From Actinomycetes bacterium (GTDB lineage: Bacteria > Actinomycetota > Acidimicrobiia > Acidimicrobiales > JAJZXF01), in the NCBI GenBank assembly GCA_021791755.1, contig JAJYWA010000004.1:1-58589 (forward strand): a stretch of DNA of 58,589 nt. Direction: 5' to 3'. Made by a program: the position numbers and the translations under genes. Below the pieces are notes generated by a model. That model saw only the letters and a list, made by a program, of their open reading frames with translations, did no database searches and was not told the origin of the DNA. This document shows, one piece after another, positions 28,308-38,081 of the stretch (position 1 is the stretch's first letter; the number at the start of each line of letters is the position of its first letter).

Positions 28308-29704
28308 GCCAGCAGCAGGTGCGCCAGCAGCGGCTCATCTCCGGTGAGCTGCCGGGGCCGCGATCGCGTGCTCTCATGGAGCGCAGGTTGGCGGCGGTGC
28401 CACGCGGGGTCGCAGCGGCATTGCCTGTTTTTGCGGAGCGTGCGGGTGGGGGGGTAGTGGTGGACGTGGATGGTAACTCGTTCATCGACTTCGGCGGTGG
28501 CATTGCGGTGCTTGCCGTGGGCGCAAGCTCGCCCAGGGTCGCGTCCGCCGTCGCGGAGCAGGTGGCAAGGTTCACGCACACCTGCTTTCAGATCACGTCC
28601 TACGAGGGCTACGTAGCGCTCGCCGAGCGGCTCAACGAGCTTGCCCCGTGCGGTCCGGGTCCGCGACGCACCCTTCTCGTCAACTCCGGAGCTGAAGCGG
28701 TGGAGAACGCAGTCAAGATTGCGCGGATTGCAACTGGCCGGCCAGCGGTCGTCGCCTTCGAACATGGCTTTCATGGCCGTACGCTGCTCGCCATGAGCCT
28801 CACGTCGAAGGCGTATCCGTACAAGTCAGGCTTCGGCCCGTTCGCACCCGAGGTCTACCGAGCACCGTACTGCTACCCGTTCCGGGCCGCTGTCGACGGG
28901 GGATCCGGGGGCGATCCGGGATCCGGGGGAGGCACTGGAGGCCGCTCGGAGGAGGACAGAGCCTGTGGCTCTCGCTGCGCGGAGGCTGCGATCTCGATGA
29001 TGGAGCACCAGATCGGGAGCTCGCAGATAGCATGCCTGGTGGTAGAGCCAGTGCTGGGGGAGGGCGGCGCGGTCGTGCCTGCCAGCGGGTTCCTTGCTGA
29101 CCTCAGGGAGTACTGCACTGCGCGTGGCATCGTCTTCGTCGCAGATGAGGTGCAGTCAGGGTTTGCCCGGACAGGCCGGTGGTTCGCCATCGAGCGCTTC
29201 GGGGTCGCTCCTGACATCGTCGTGAGCGCAAAGGGGCTTGGCGCTGGCCTTCCGATAGGAGCGGTCACCGGACGGGCCGAGATCATGGACTCGGTCCACC
29301 CGGGCGGTCTTGGCTCGACCTTCGGCGGCAACCCGGTTTCGTGCGCAGCCGCGCTCGCTGCGATCGCGGAGATCGAGGAGCTTGGCCTCCTTGAGCGAGC
29401 CGAGCGCATCGGCGAGCGCGTCCTCGCCAGGCTCTCCCCGCTCGCAGAGGCGTCGGATCGGGTGGGCGAGGTGCGCGCTCTGGGAGCGCTCGCGGCGATC
29501 GAGCTCGTGACTGATAGCTCAAGTCGCTCGCCGGACCCCGGCGCTGCGTCAAGGGTCATCGAGCGCTGCCGAAACGAAGGGCTGATCGTGCTGGCAGCGG
29601 GCACGTACGACAACTGTGTTCGTATCCTGCCGCCGCTTGTGATCGGAGACGACCTGCTGGACGAGGGGCTCGAGATCCTCGCGCGAGCGTTATCGTCGGC
29701 TTGA
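28304..29704 (+). CDS. gabT: 4-aminobutyrate aminotransferase (class III PLP)
   Basis: DVDGNSFIDFGGGIAV, NSGAEAVENAVK, FHGRT, EPVLGEGG, ADEVQSGFARTG, SAKG, TFGGNP. Confidence 0.9.
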   Translation: MSQQQVRQQRLISGELPGPRSRALMERRLAAVPRGVAAALPVFAERAGGGVVVDVDGNSFIDFGGGIAVLAVGASSPRVASAVAEQVARFTHTCFQITSYEGYVALAERLNELAPCGPGPRRTLLVNSGAEAVENAVKIARIATGRPAVVAFEHGFHGRTLLAMSLTSKAYPYKSGFGPFAPEVYRAPYCYPFRAAVDGGSGGDPGSGGGTGGRSEEDRACGSRCAEAAISMMEHQIGSSQIACLVVEPVLGEGGAVVPASGFLADLREYCTARGIVFVADEVQSGFARTGRWFAIERFGVAPDIVVSAKGLGAGLPIGAVTGRAEIMDSVHPGGLGSTFGGNPVSCAAALAAIAEIEELGLLERAERIGERVLARLSPLAEASDRVGEVRALGALAAIELVTDSSSRSPDPGAASRVIERCRNEGLIVLAAGTYDNCVRILPPLVIGDDLLDEGLEILARALSSA

Positions 29705-29843
29705 GGCCCTTGCTGCCAGGTCTTGCTGCGGGCGCTTGCTGCTGGCAGCCAGGGCGCACAGGTCATGAGGCGCGTGCTCGTTCACGCCCAACCGTCCTGA
29801 GGCCGGCTGTGTCGCGGTGCGCATGACGCCTACAGTGGCGCTG

Positions 29844-31781
29844 ATGGGTGACGCGACTGCGAGTGATGCAAGACCGATGATCTTGGTCGAAGGGCTGTGC
29901 AAGTCGTTCGGCGCGGTGAAGGCGCTGGCGGGGATCGACTTTACGGTGCCGGCGGGGACGGTGATGGGCATACTGGGACCCAACGGAGCCGGCAAGACCA
30001 CTCTGGTGCGCATCCTTTCGACGCTGATGTCACCGGATGCAGGTCACGCGGAGGTGGCCGGCTTCGATGTCGTGCGTGAGTCGCGTGCGCTTAGATCGAC
30101 TATCGGGCTCGCAGGACAGAACGTTGCGATCGACGAGCACCTGACGGGCTTCGAGAACCTCTACCTCGTAGGGCGGCTGCGTCAGATCGGCTACCGCGAA
30201 GCTCGCCGTGAGGCGGGAGAGCTCCTGGAGCGGTTCAATCTGGTGGACGCCTCCGGCAGGACCGCTCGTACCTACTCGGGCGGGATGCGCAGGCGCCTTG
30301 ATCTGGCGGCAAGCCTCGTCGGCCATCCTCCAGTGCTGTTCCTCGACGAACCGACCACAGGCCTCGATCCGCGAGCCCGCCTCGAGCTGTGGGAGGTGAT
30401 CGAGGGGCTCGTTGCCGATGGAACCACACTACTGCTGACAACGCAGTACCTCGAGGAGGCCGACCGGCTGGCGAGCTCGATCATCGTTGTCGATCAGGGA
30501 AGGATAATTGCGCAGGGCTCGCCGCGAGAGCTCAAAGCGACCGTTGGCGGCGAGCAGATAGAGCTGTCATTGGCGAGCGCCTCGGATCTCGACGGGGCGG
30601 CAAGCATCCTGGAGCAGGTGTCAGGAGCCGCGCCACAGGTTAACGTCGAGTCGAGAAAGATCCAAGTGGCCGCCCCGCGCGGCTCGGCAATGCTCGTAGA
30701 CGCTCTGAGAAGGCTGGACGAGGTCGGGATCGAGCCTGATGATGTGAGCCTTCGGCGTCCAGCTTTGGACGACGTGTTCCTCGCCCTTACCGGTCACGTG
30801 GCTGAGGATGCAGGCGGGGCGAGGAGTGTCGAGCTGGCGGACGACGACGGAGCTGGCACGGGAAAGCTGGTTGCTCCAGGGGACGCCGGCACGGAGAACC
30901 TGGCGGGTGACGACGGGCCTGGTACGGAGACGGAGCCGCGGAAACCGCGCATAGAGCCGCAGCGTGCCGAGCGGGTTGCTGCGAGCGCTCCGGCCGGTCT
31001 TCGTCATCGAGCCAGATGGATCACAGGCACGGCGACGGACACCAGAGTGGTGATGTGGCGCAATCTCCTGCGGTACCTCCGCCTACCTAATCTCCTCGTG
31101 TTCACGACCGTCCAGCCGGTGATGTTCGTGCTGCTATTCGACTTTGTCTTCGGCGGGGTGATCAAGCTCGTGGTCCACGGCCCTTACATCGACTACCTCA
31201 TGCCCGGCATCTTCCTTCAAGCGGTGGTCTTCGGTTCGACGCAGACCGGCATCGGGCTCGCCGAGGACTTTTCCCGCGGTATGGTGGACCGTTTCCGGTC
31301 GTTGCCGATGGCGAGGGTGGCTGTGCTCACTGGCCGCACGATGGCCGACACGGTCCGGAACATCTTCGTCGTGGCGCTGATGACTGGAGTTGGGGCGATC
31401 GTAGGGTTCCGTATCGAGAACGGCGTCCTTCCAGCGCTCGTGGTTGTCGTGATGGCAGTCGTCTTCGGTATGGCGTTCTCATGGATCTCGGCGGTGATCG
31501 GCCTCATCACCCGTGACGTCGAGGCTGCTCAGGCCGCAGGCTTCGTTTGGATACTGCCACTGACCTTTGCGAGCTCTGCGTTCGTGCCCGTAAAGACGAT
31601 GCCAGGCTGGTTGCAGGCGTTCTCGAAGGCCGATCCGGTAACGGTGGTGGTCGACGCTATGCGCGGGCTTCTGCTGGGTGGTCCTGTGGCGGTGCACATG
31701 TACGAGTCCATCGCGTGGGTCGCCGGCATAGTTGTTGTATGTGTCCCAGTCGCGTTGCGCCTTTACCGCCGGTTGACCTGA
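29844..31781 (+). CDS. DrrA-type ATPase fused to DrrB-type ABC-2 permease
   Basis: GPNGAGKTT, YSGGMRRR, FLDEPT, RPALDDVFLALTG, linker, then QPVMFVLLF, DRFRSLP, FASSAFVP..TMPGWLQ; TACAGT-N7-ATG. Confidence 0.9.
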   Translation: MGDATASDARPMILVEGLCKSFGAVKALAGIDFTVPAGTVMGILGPNGAGKTTLVRILSTLMSPDAGHAEVAGFDVVRESRALRSTIGLAGQNVAIDEHLTGFENLYLVGRLRQIGYREARREAGELLERFNLVDASGRTARTYSGGMRRRLDLAASLVGHPPVLFLDEPTTGLDPRARLELWEVIEGLVADGTTLLLTTQYLEEADRLASSIIVVDQGRIIAQGSPRELKATVGGEQIELSLASASDLDGAASILEQVSGAAPQVNVESRKIQVAAPRGSAMLVDALRRLDEVGIEPDDVSLRRPALDDVFLALTGHVAEDAGGARSVELADDDGAGTGKLVAPGDAGTENLAGDDGPGTETEPRKPRIEPQRAERVAASAPAGLRHRARWITGTATDTRVVMWRNLLRYLRLPNLLVFTTVQPVMFVLLFDFVFGGVIKLVVHGPYIDYLMPGIFLQAVVFGSTQTGIGLAEDFSRGMVDRFRSLPMARVAVLTGRTMADTVRNIFVVALMTGVGAIVGFRIENGVLPALVVVVMAVVFGMAFSWISAVIGLITRDVEAAQAAGFVWILPLTFASSAFVPVKTMPGWLQAFSKADPVTVVVDAMRGLLLGGPVAVHMYESIAWVAGIVVVCVPVALRLYRRLT

Positions 31782-31885
31782 TCAGCCGGCAAGGTGGCGC
31801 AATGTGGCGGAGTAACCTCAACGGCGTTTGGATCGGTGGCTTCCGCTGCACGGCAGTGTAGGATGCGTGTGGAGGCACGACACTG

Positions 31886-33088
31886 GTGGTACAGAAACAT
31901 CTGCATGCGAGATCACGTGGTGGTCTAGGCACTCGCTTGCTACGAGATGTGAGAGCGCGGGCAACAACAGCGCGAGTAGCAGCAGGTGGTGCGGCCTCTA
32001 CGATCATCGCTGGCGTGGCGGTGTTGCTCCTCGTAGGAGCGGGTCTTTCCTACAGGTCCGGGGGGTCGCCTGCATCGGCGACAGCGTCCAGCGCCACGCT
32101 CGCGCCGAACGCACCCTTCACTCTGGTCGCGATCTCACCGGGGTCAACCGCGTCCACCGTGGCGTTCGATCTCCCGCTCAGGCTCAGGTTCTCGCAGCCG
32201 CTCGCAGCGAGCACGCCGTTGCCGAGCCTTGCTCCGGCCGTGCCTGGCCGTTGGCTCGCGACCGGCAGATCGTCACTCACCTTCGTCGCCTCGTCGCCGG
32301 AGGTACCGGGAACCAAGGTGGTCCTCACTGTACCTGGCGGCAATGGTGGCGTGCGTTCGGTGACCGGTCGGGTCCTCGCCCGATCACAGGTGGCATCTTG
32401 GACTGTCAAGCCCGGCTCGGTCCTGCTCTTGCAGGAGATCCTGGCTCAGCTCGGCTACCTGCCTGTGACATGGACCCCGATCGGACAGGGGCCGCCGAGC
32501 CCGGCAATGTACGCGCATGGCCAGCTCGGCGTCTTCTCGTGGCGCTGGGCGTCGGTCCCGCAACAGCTCCAGGCGCTCTGGGCGCCGGGTCAGTACACGG
32601 TCGTGACGAGGGGCGCGGTCATGGCCTTCGAGAACGCCCACGGCATGACAACCGACGGTGTCGCAAGCCCGGCGGTGTGGGCGGCCCTTTTCCAGGCACT
32701 TCAGGCAGGGCAGCTCGATCCGTACCCGTACGCATATGCAATGGTCTCGATGGCGAGCCCTGAGAACCTCGTGCTCTGGGTCGAGGGCGCTGACATCTAC
32801 TCCAGCCTGGCCAACACCGGTATCCCGGTGTCGCCGACGCAGCCCGGCACGTTCCCGGTGTACCTGCGGTACACGTTCCAGGTGATGCGGGGGACGAACC
32901 CGGATGGGAGCACGTATGCGGATCCGGTCTCCTGGGTCAGTTACTTCAACGGCGGAGACGCGGTCCACGGGTTTGTCCGTGCGTCGTACGGGTGGCCGCA
33001 GAGCCTTGGCTGTGTTGAGCTGCCACCATCACACGCGGCGGTCGTGTGGCCGTACATGCATATTGGCACGCTGGTTACTGTGAGTTGA
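31886..33088 (+). CDS. L,D-transpeptidase (YkuD family) with Ig-like and peptidoglycan-binding domains
   Basis: TM anchor; LQEILAQLGY..TRGAVMAFENAHGMTTDGVA; TQPGTF; AVHG...SLGCV. Confidence 0.88.
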   Translation: MVQKHLHARSRGGLGTRLLRDVRARATTARVAAGGAASTIIAGVAVLLLVGAGLSYRSGGSPASATASSATLAPNAPFTLVAISPGSTASTVAFDLPLRLRFSQPLAASTPLPSLAPAVPGRWLATGRSSLTFVASSPEVPGTKVVLTVPGGNGGVRSVTGRVLARSQVASWTVKPGSVLLLQEILAQLGYLPVTWTPIGQGPPSPAMYAHGQLGVFSWRWASVPQQLQALWAPGQYTVVTRGAVMAFENAHGMTTDGVASPAVWAALFQALQAGQLDPYPYAYAMVSMASPENLVLWVEGADIYSSLANTGIPVSPTQPGTFPVYLRYTFQVMRGTNPDGSTYADPVSWVSYFNGGDAVHGFVRASYGWPQSLGCVELPPSHAAVVWPYMHIGTLVTVS

Positions 33089-33102
33089 GGCGGGATTCGC
33101 CT
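33088..33102. terminator. Short hairpin between convergent genes
   Basis: aggcg-ggatt-cgcct; no U-tract. Confidence 0.3.
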
Positions 33103-33105
33103 AGA

Positions 33106-34008
33106 TCACGGCAGCGGATGCGGTAGGCCGAGCTCAGCGAGCGTCTTGTGAGCCTCCCGAGGCTGGGTCAGGTCCTCTCTGGCCCCAGGCGCCGCGAAGA
33201 TGTAGAGGTTCCAGGCCCCGATCAGCCCGTACGGCTTGATGTCTTCGTAGAAGCGGCGCTCAACGTCTGCCAGGCGAGTGAACCCGACGGCCTCGAATGC
33301 GGCGGTCCACCAGCCGAAAGATGCGATGGTGAGGTGACCCTCGACAGGCTGGCCCTCCGCATCACGCGCCAGGTCCTCGTAGGGCGCCGGGCCATCATAA
33401 GAAGGGCCGAGTGACTCGTAGTGCGCCAGCCGGGCATCGAGGACCTTGCCATTGAACCAGCCGTCAGGTCCATAGGCGTTCGGGCCGAACGAGGGGATCG
33501 TTGCGACGAGGCAGCCAGAGCAGATCCGGCGCAGCTCGGCGACGGCACGGGGCACATCTGCGGGCGGCAGGTGCTCGAGAGTCTCGAGTGCGCAGACCAA
33601 CTCGACACTCGCGTCCGGCAGCGGGAGACCCCGGACGAGGTCAGCGTGGCGGACAAAGGGAGCGACAGCAGGCGGTGCGTGGTTGATCGCATAAGAGCTT
33701 ATGTCGAAGCCCTGCGCGTCGATGCCGAGCTCCCTCAGCACCTCGACTACGAACCCGAGCGAGCAACCAATGTCTACGGCCGATCGTGCTCGAAAGTTGC
33801 GCCAGATCGCATAGGCCGCGATGTCCGCATTGGATGTCACGCGGTTGTAGCCAGCTGGATAGCCCGACAGCCCCTCTCTGCCAGACGGGTCACGGCCCTC
33901 GCCGAAGTAGCGAGCGCCGTATCGTGCCTCGTCGGCCACCGATGGATCGAGTGCGGCCGATTGATCGAGTGCGGCCGATTGATCGAGTGCGGCCGATTGA
34001 TCGTTCAT
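33106..34008 (-). CDS. Class I SAM-dependent methyltransferase
   Basis: VDIGCSLG, GFDIS, ETLEHL; GGAGGT SD before ATG 34008. Confidence 0.88.
   Translation of the reverse strand: MNDQSAALDQSAALDQSAALDPSVADEARYGARYFGEGRDPSGREGLSGYPAGYNRVTSNADIAAYAIWRNFRARSAVDIGCSLGFVVEVLRELGIDAQGFDISSYAINHAPPAVAPFVRHADLVRGLPLPDASVELVCALETLEHLPPADVPRAVAELRRICSGCLVATIPSFGPNAYGPDGWFNGKVLDARLAHYESLGPSYDGPAPYEDLARDAEGQPVEGHLTIASFGWWTAAFEAVGFTRLADVERRFYEDIKPYGLIGAWNLYIFAAPGAREDLTQPREAHKTLAELGLPHPLP
33945..34003. repeat. 3.3 x 18 bp perfect in-frame repeat (DQSAAL)
   Basis: gatcgagtgcggccgatt x3. Confidence 0.95.
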
Positions 34009-34509
34009 GTGCACCTCCGGCCTGTAACTTGAGCCGGAGGAGGCGCTGGTGGACGGAGCCCCGGCGCCGGAGAAGTCGGTTGTGCGAGAGGTGGTGGCGA
34101 GCGCGCGTTGGAGCTCTATTGAGGCTCTGCGCATCAATCGCCTCGCGACAGGACTGGAGTCGGCGAGACGAGCGAGAGCGCAGCGTATCGTTGGTGCGGC
34201 AGGCCGTAGGGCTGCCCGCAGGCTAATCCGACTCATGATGGCTCATGAGGCGAGGGCTGCCAGCAGTCTCATCCAGGTCATCAGGTGAGACTTGCACCAC
34301 GGCCGATGCCAGGCAAGCTGGGGTGAAGACGGCGTTGGTGTTGCTGGTACCGTGGGCTGAGATGATCGTGGCCAATATGATCCTGTTGAGTCAGGTGCCG
34401 GAGTTTCAACAGGCATTTCCAGGTCCGCCGTTGCAGGTCGTGGCTCGCGTAGCAATGGCCATCGCCGTCACGTCGCAGTCCCGGTTGACCGGCGTCAGGT
34501 TGACCGGCG

Positions 34510-35856
34510 TCAGGGTGCGCCCGACAGCGGGGTCGCTGCCAGGAAGTACGCGCCTATGGCGATTGCAGCGAAGATCACGAGCGAAACCCAGGGGCCGATA
34601 CGTTGGAAAAGTGGCTTTCCCGGGCTGAGCGGTGAAAGGTGCGAGGACATGAAGTCGACGTTCGGTCGCGGCGGATCCAAGCTCTTCAGCTGCCGGAGCG
34701 AGAGCAGGTTCTGGGCGACCATGCTGAGGTTCACGAACGCGGGTACGACCCCCCACCATCCGGTGACGAGCGTGCGATTGGTGAACTTCCTGAAGGTGGA
34801 GAGTCCGCAGGTACGACAGACTCTGACAGTTCTCGAGCGTTGCACTGGCCATGCTGCGACGAACGGCAAGGCAATGAGATAGAGACGGTAGGGGCCCATC
34901 TGGGGATCGAGCGCGAGCAGCAACGGAATGATGACAATGCCGACTGTGAAGATGTAAATCCGCCACCAGGCGAACGGATTGCTGATCATCGAAAAGGTGC
35001 CCTCGATCGTTGGCGTGGATCCACAGAATGCGCAGCTTGCCCTCAGGGCCTCCTTTCTCTCGAGGGTCCACTGCTCCTGCGTCTTGCCGTCGCGCTGTGG
35101 AGTATCCCAGTGCATCCGGTCATAGGTTGACGGCGCAAAGTCGGCGGGGTGTCTCGTCGGCTGCGGGTGGAACAGATCGGTTGACATACGCGGAGAGCCT
35201 GTTCCCAGGAACTGCGGCGCCGATGCCGCCGACGATGCCGCAGAGAGCCTGGCGTCCGCAGAAGCTCTTGATGCTGGTGTTTGCAGTTGACCGTTCGACG
35301 CAGTAGCAGATGGGGACTTAGTGGACGATTCCTTAACGGCTGAAGCCTTGGCGGATGAGGATTGAACGGATGAGGGCTTAGCCCCTGTGCCTCTTTCCCG
35401 GGATAGGTTAGGTCGCTGGCGTCGTGATGGCGGTGAGGCCGAGTGGCCATCCGGCAGGACTACGGAGTCGTAGGTGCGCCGGCGCATTGGATCACTGAGC
35501 ACCCTCAGCGCTTCCGAGAGCTGCTCCATCGTGGCGTGGGTGTCGGTGGCTGGTGATGCAGTATTGCTACCTCGTGCACCGTGCTCGCCAGCGGTTCTTG
35601 TTTTGCCTCTGCCTGCGTGAACATCGGCGCCCGGTTGAGCGGGGGTCTTGCCGTTGCCTGATGGCGCAGCGAAGCCATGGCGGACCTCTTGGGCACGCTC
35701 GCGTGGTGGCGGCTGGTTGGAGTCCATCGTAGAGCGGTCCGATTTGTCTCCTGACGCGCTCTGGTGCAACACTTCAGCCCTTTCCCGGAAGGCTTGGCGG
35801 ATCTCAGCCGCGGTCGCTGACACGGGTATGCCGAGGATCTCGTAGTAGTTGGCCAC
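34510..35856 (-). CDS. J-domain-like membrane protein (HPD replaced by HQS, domain split), with C-terminal CxxC/TM domain
   Basis: NYYEILGIPVSATAAEIRQAFR...LHQS [insert] MEQLSEALRVLSDPMRRRTYD; CAFCG, CRTCG; several TMs; GAGGA SD. Confidence 0.8.
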   Translation of the reverse strand: MANYYEILGIPVSATAAEIRQAFRERAEVLHQSASGDKSDRSTMDSNQPPPRERAQEVRHGFAAPSGNGKTPAQPGADVHAGRGKTRTAGEHGARGSNTASPATDTHATMEQLSEALRVLSDPMRRRTYDSVVLPDGHSASPPSRRQRPNLSRERGTGAKPSSVQSSSAKASAVKESSTKSPSATASNGQLQTPASRASADARLSAASSAASAPQFLGTGSPRMSTDLFHPQPTRHPADFAPSTYDRMHWDTPQRDGKTQEQWTLERKEALRASCAFCGSTPTIEGTFSMISNPFAWWRIYIFTVGIVIIPLLLALDPQMGPYRLYLIALPFVAAWPVQRSRTVRVCRTCGLSTFRKFTNRTLVTGWWGVVPAFVNLSMVAQNLLSLRQLKSLDPPRPNVDFMSSHLSPLSPGKPLFQRIGPWVSLVIFAAIAIGAYFLAATPLSGAP

Positions 35857-35859
35857 TAT

Positions 35860-36075
35860 GTCCTCAATAACTCGCCTCGTCTAGCCCTATCCTCAATGAT
35901 ATCCCCTCGTCCTCACAGCCCCTAACCATGTCCCCTCGTGTTCAACGATGTTGCCTGGCAATCCCGGTTGCCTGGCGATCCCGGTTGCCTCGCGGTCTTG
36001 CTTCTCCCGGTCTTGCTTCTCCCGGTCTTGCTTCTCTCTGACGATGTCTCAGGATCCTCAAGCATGTCGCCTCGT
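35860..36075. repeat. Composite repeat region upstream of the J-domain gene
   Basis: ~5 degenerate copies of tcctcaa..atgtc(g/c)cctcgt; 2.4 x 17 bp gttgcctggc(a/g)atcccg; 3 x 15 bp cggtcttgcttctcc. Confidence 0.85.
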
Positions 36076-36541
36076 GCCGAAGTGCTCTAGGTTCTGAACC
36101 CTATTCTTGCACAGTCACTTGGACAACTGGCAGACCAAAAAAGCTTAGCTCAATCATCCGCCGCCAGTGGTATTGACGGAGGTCCCGGTTCGTGGACGGG
36201 GGTGTGGTCCGGCAGGCTTCGTACGCGCCAGTCCGGGAGAAACGGTCGATCAGCTGGTAACCGAAGTGGAGAGAGGGCGACGAGCGCGAATCCGACAGGG
36301 GGCCGCGCGGATAAAGAGGCATAAGGAGGAAGGCGAGTCGACTCGCGGCTGTTCACGACACGCCCGCGTTCGGTGAAACCAGCAGAAATGCCTGAGCGAT
36401 GGTCCTGGGTACAGCGAGGATATCTCGTACGTCGTGGAGGTTTCCGAGGGCTCTGCCCGGCTCTGCCCGGCGGCTTCAGCGCGGCGCCCGTACGTGCAAT
36501 GGCGCTACATATACGTCGCAAGAGCCTGAGAGAGCGCGTGA

Positions 36542-37939
36542 TCATGCGAGCATCTCGGCTGGGCCATATCCGAGGACCTTGGTGGCGGTCGTGTCGGGCT
36601 GCACCCCGCCGCGGCCCCACAGTACGTACCACGGATCGGGTGTCGGGTGCGGGACGTATCGAAGAGAGGGACCGAGCTTGTCCAGGTCGGAGCGGCCAAG
36701 GGGCTGGCGCTGCCAGCGCGCTTCGCCTATCAACACTGTCCGGCCGTCTTGCATGCCAAGGACGTCGACCTGGCACTGCTCGCCTGTGGTGGTCCACCAT
36801 TCGTCGACGACCGTGCCTGCGGGGAGCATGCCGGAACCGAGGATCCTAACCGCATGTTCGCGTGCGGCTTGCTCGAAAACGAACCCCAGTTGCGACTGCC
36901 ATTCGCCGGACTTGTTGTGCAGGACGCCTCTGCCCTGGCCGGCCTCGATGCGTTGCACATGGTTGGAGAGGACGCGTATCCAGAACCTGATGTATGGGTC
37001 GACGACGCGGAAGAGAGGGCGCGTTCTAATAGGAGCGCCAAGGGGAGTTGCTGGCACGAGTAGGCGTGCACGAACGAGGGCTTCCAGCGGACGATCAATG
37101 CGCTGGCCAACCTCGCTCGAGATGTCGTTTCGCTTGGATCGTCCCTGGCCTACTGCAAGAAGCACCCGGCGGTGCGACTCAGGGATGCTGGCAAGCATGA
37201 ATTGGGCATCCTCCAGCAATAGTCCTCGAGCCGTTCCGGCAAGCCGCAGGAGATTGTCGTCGGTCGGCGCCGTGAAATCCCAGGCATCGAGATGTCCGGG
37301 GTACCCGCCACAGGCGGCGTACGCCTCAATGAGGCGTACAGGATCTGGTCGTGCGGTGAAGCGAAAGGCCTCCCAGGGCGTGAACGGGTTGATCCTGAGA
37401 TGAACGGTCGGCCGATTGAAGAGCGGACCACGGTATCCGAGCGAGTCCTCTATGAGACCGACAGCGGACCCGGCAAGCACAATCGTGAGCGCTGGGCCAG
37501 ATGCCCTTGCGGCCAGCTGGTCCCACGCTGCCTGCACGATGGACGCAAATCCCTGGGTGGAGTCCATGAGGTAGGTGACTTCATCGATCACGATAGTCAG
37601 CGGTAGCGATCGAGCGAGGAGCTCGCAGGTGGTGAGTGCCTGCTCCCACGTGGAAAATGCCGGTACTGGCAGGCTGTCTGAGACGGCGTCTCTCAGGGCT
37701 TGCGCGAACCGGCGCAGCTGGTCGCGCTCCGAGGCTTCGGTGGCCTCGAAGTAGACCGTTGTGAAGTCCTTGGCGTTGGCTCTTTCGAGAAAGTGTTGAA
37801 GAAGAAACGACTTGCCGACGCCTCGTAGACCGCTGACGACGGCGAGTTGGGGTTGGCCGGAACGCGCTTGCCCTACTGCGGCGAGAAGCGCCTGCAGCTC
37901 ATCCTGGCGTTCTCGCAGCGGGCGTAGGTTGCCAGCCAT
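36542..37939 (-). CDS. Archaeal-type AAA ATPase - wHTH - DUF234 PD-(D/E)XK-like protein
   Basis: GLRGVGKS, IVIDE, LAGS, CGGYP, DPYIRFW, FEQ, QVDVL...IGEARW. Confidence 0.88.
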   Translation of the reverse strand: MAGNLRPLRERQDELQALLAAVGQARSGQPQLAVVSGLRGVGKSFLLQHFLERANAKDFTTVYFEATEASERDQLRRFAQALRDAVSDSLPVPAFSTWEQALTTCELLARSLPLTIVIDEVTYLMDSTQGFASIVQAAWDQLAARASGPALTIVLAGSAVGLIEDSLGYRGPLFNRPTVHLRINPFTPWEAFRFTARPDPVRLIEAYAACGGYPGHLDAWDFTAPTDDNLLRLAGTARGLLLEDAQFMLASIPESHRRVLLAVGQGRSKRNDISSEVGQRIDRPLEALVRARLLVPATPLGAPIRTRPLFRVVDPYIRFWIRVLSNHVQRIEAGQGRGVLHNKSGEWQSQLGFVFEQAAREHAVRILGSGMLPAGTVVDEWWTTTGEQCQVDVLGMQDGRTVLIGEARWQRQPLGRSDLDKLGPSLRYVPHPTPDPWYVLWGRGGVQPDTTATKVLGYGPAEMLA

Positions 37940-38081
37940 GTGAGTACATTAGCGTGTGTACACGCGAAAAGTAACACGCGGTGTGTAGGTACTCGCGTTC
38001 CAGTCGTGTCAGGTCATTGCCGGGTCACTGCGACGAGTGGTGCTCTGCGCGAGGACATACTGCCGTCCAGCGCTGATGAGC

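Noticed and set aside
34009-34236. Longer N-terminus for the methyltransferase
   Set aside because: Arg/Ala-rich and non-domain-like; a strong GGAGGT SD supports ATG 34008.
36100-36541. Possible IS end (ttgcacagtcacttggaca) and transposase-like fragment
   Set aside because: Resemblance is too weak, with no partner IR or DDE motif.
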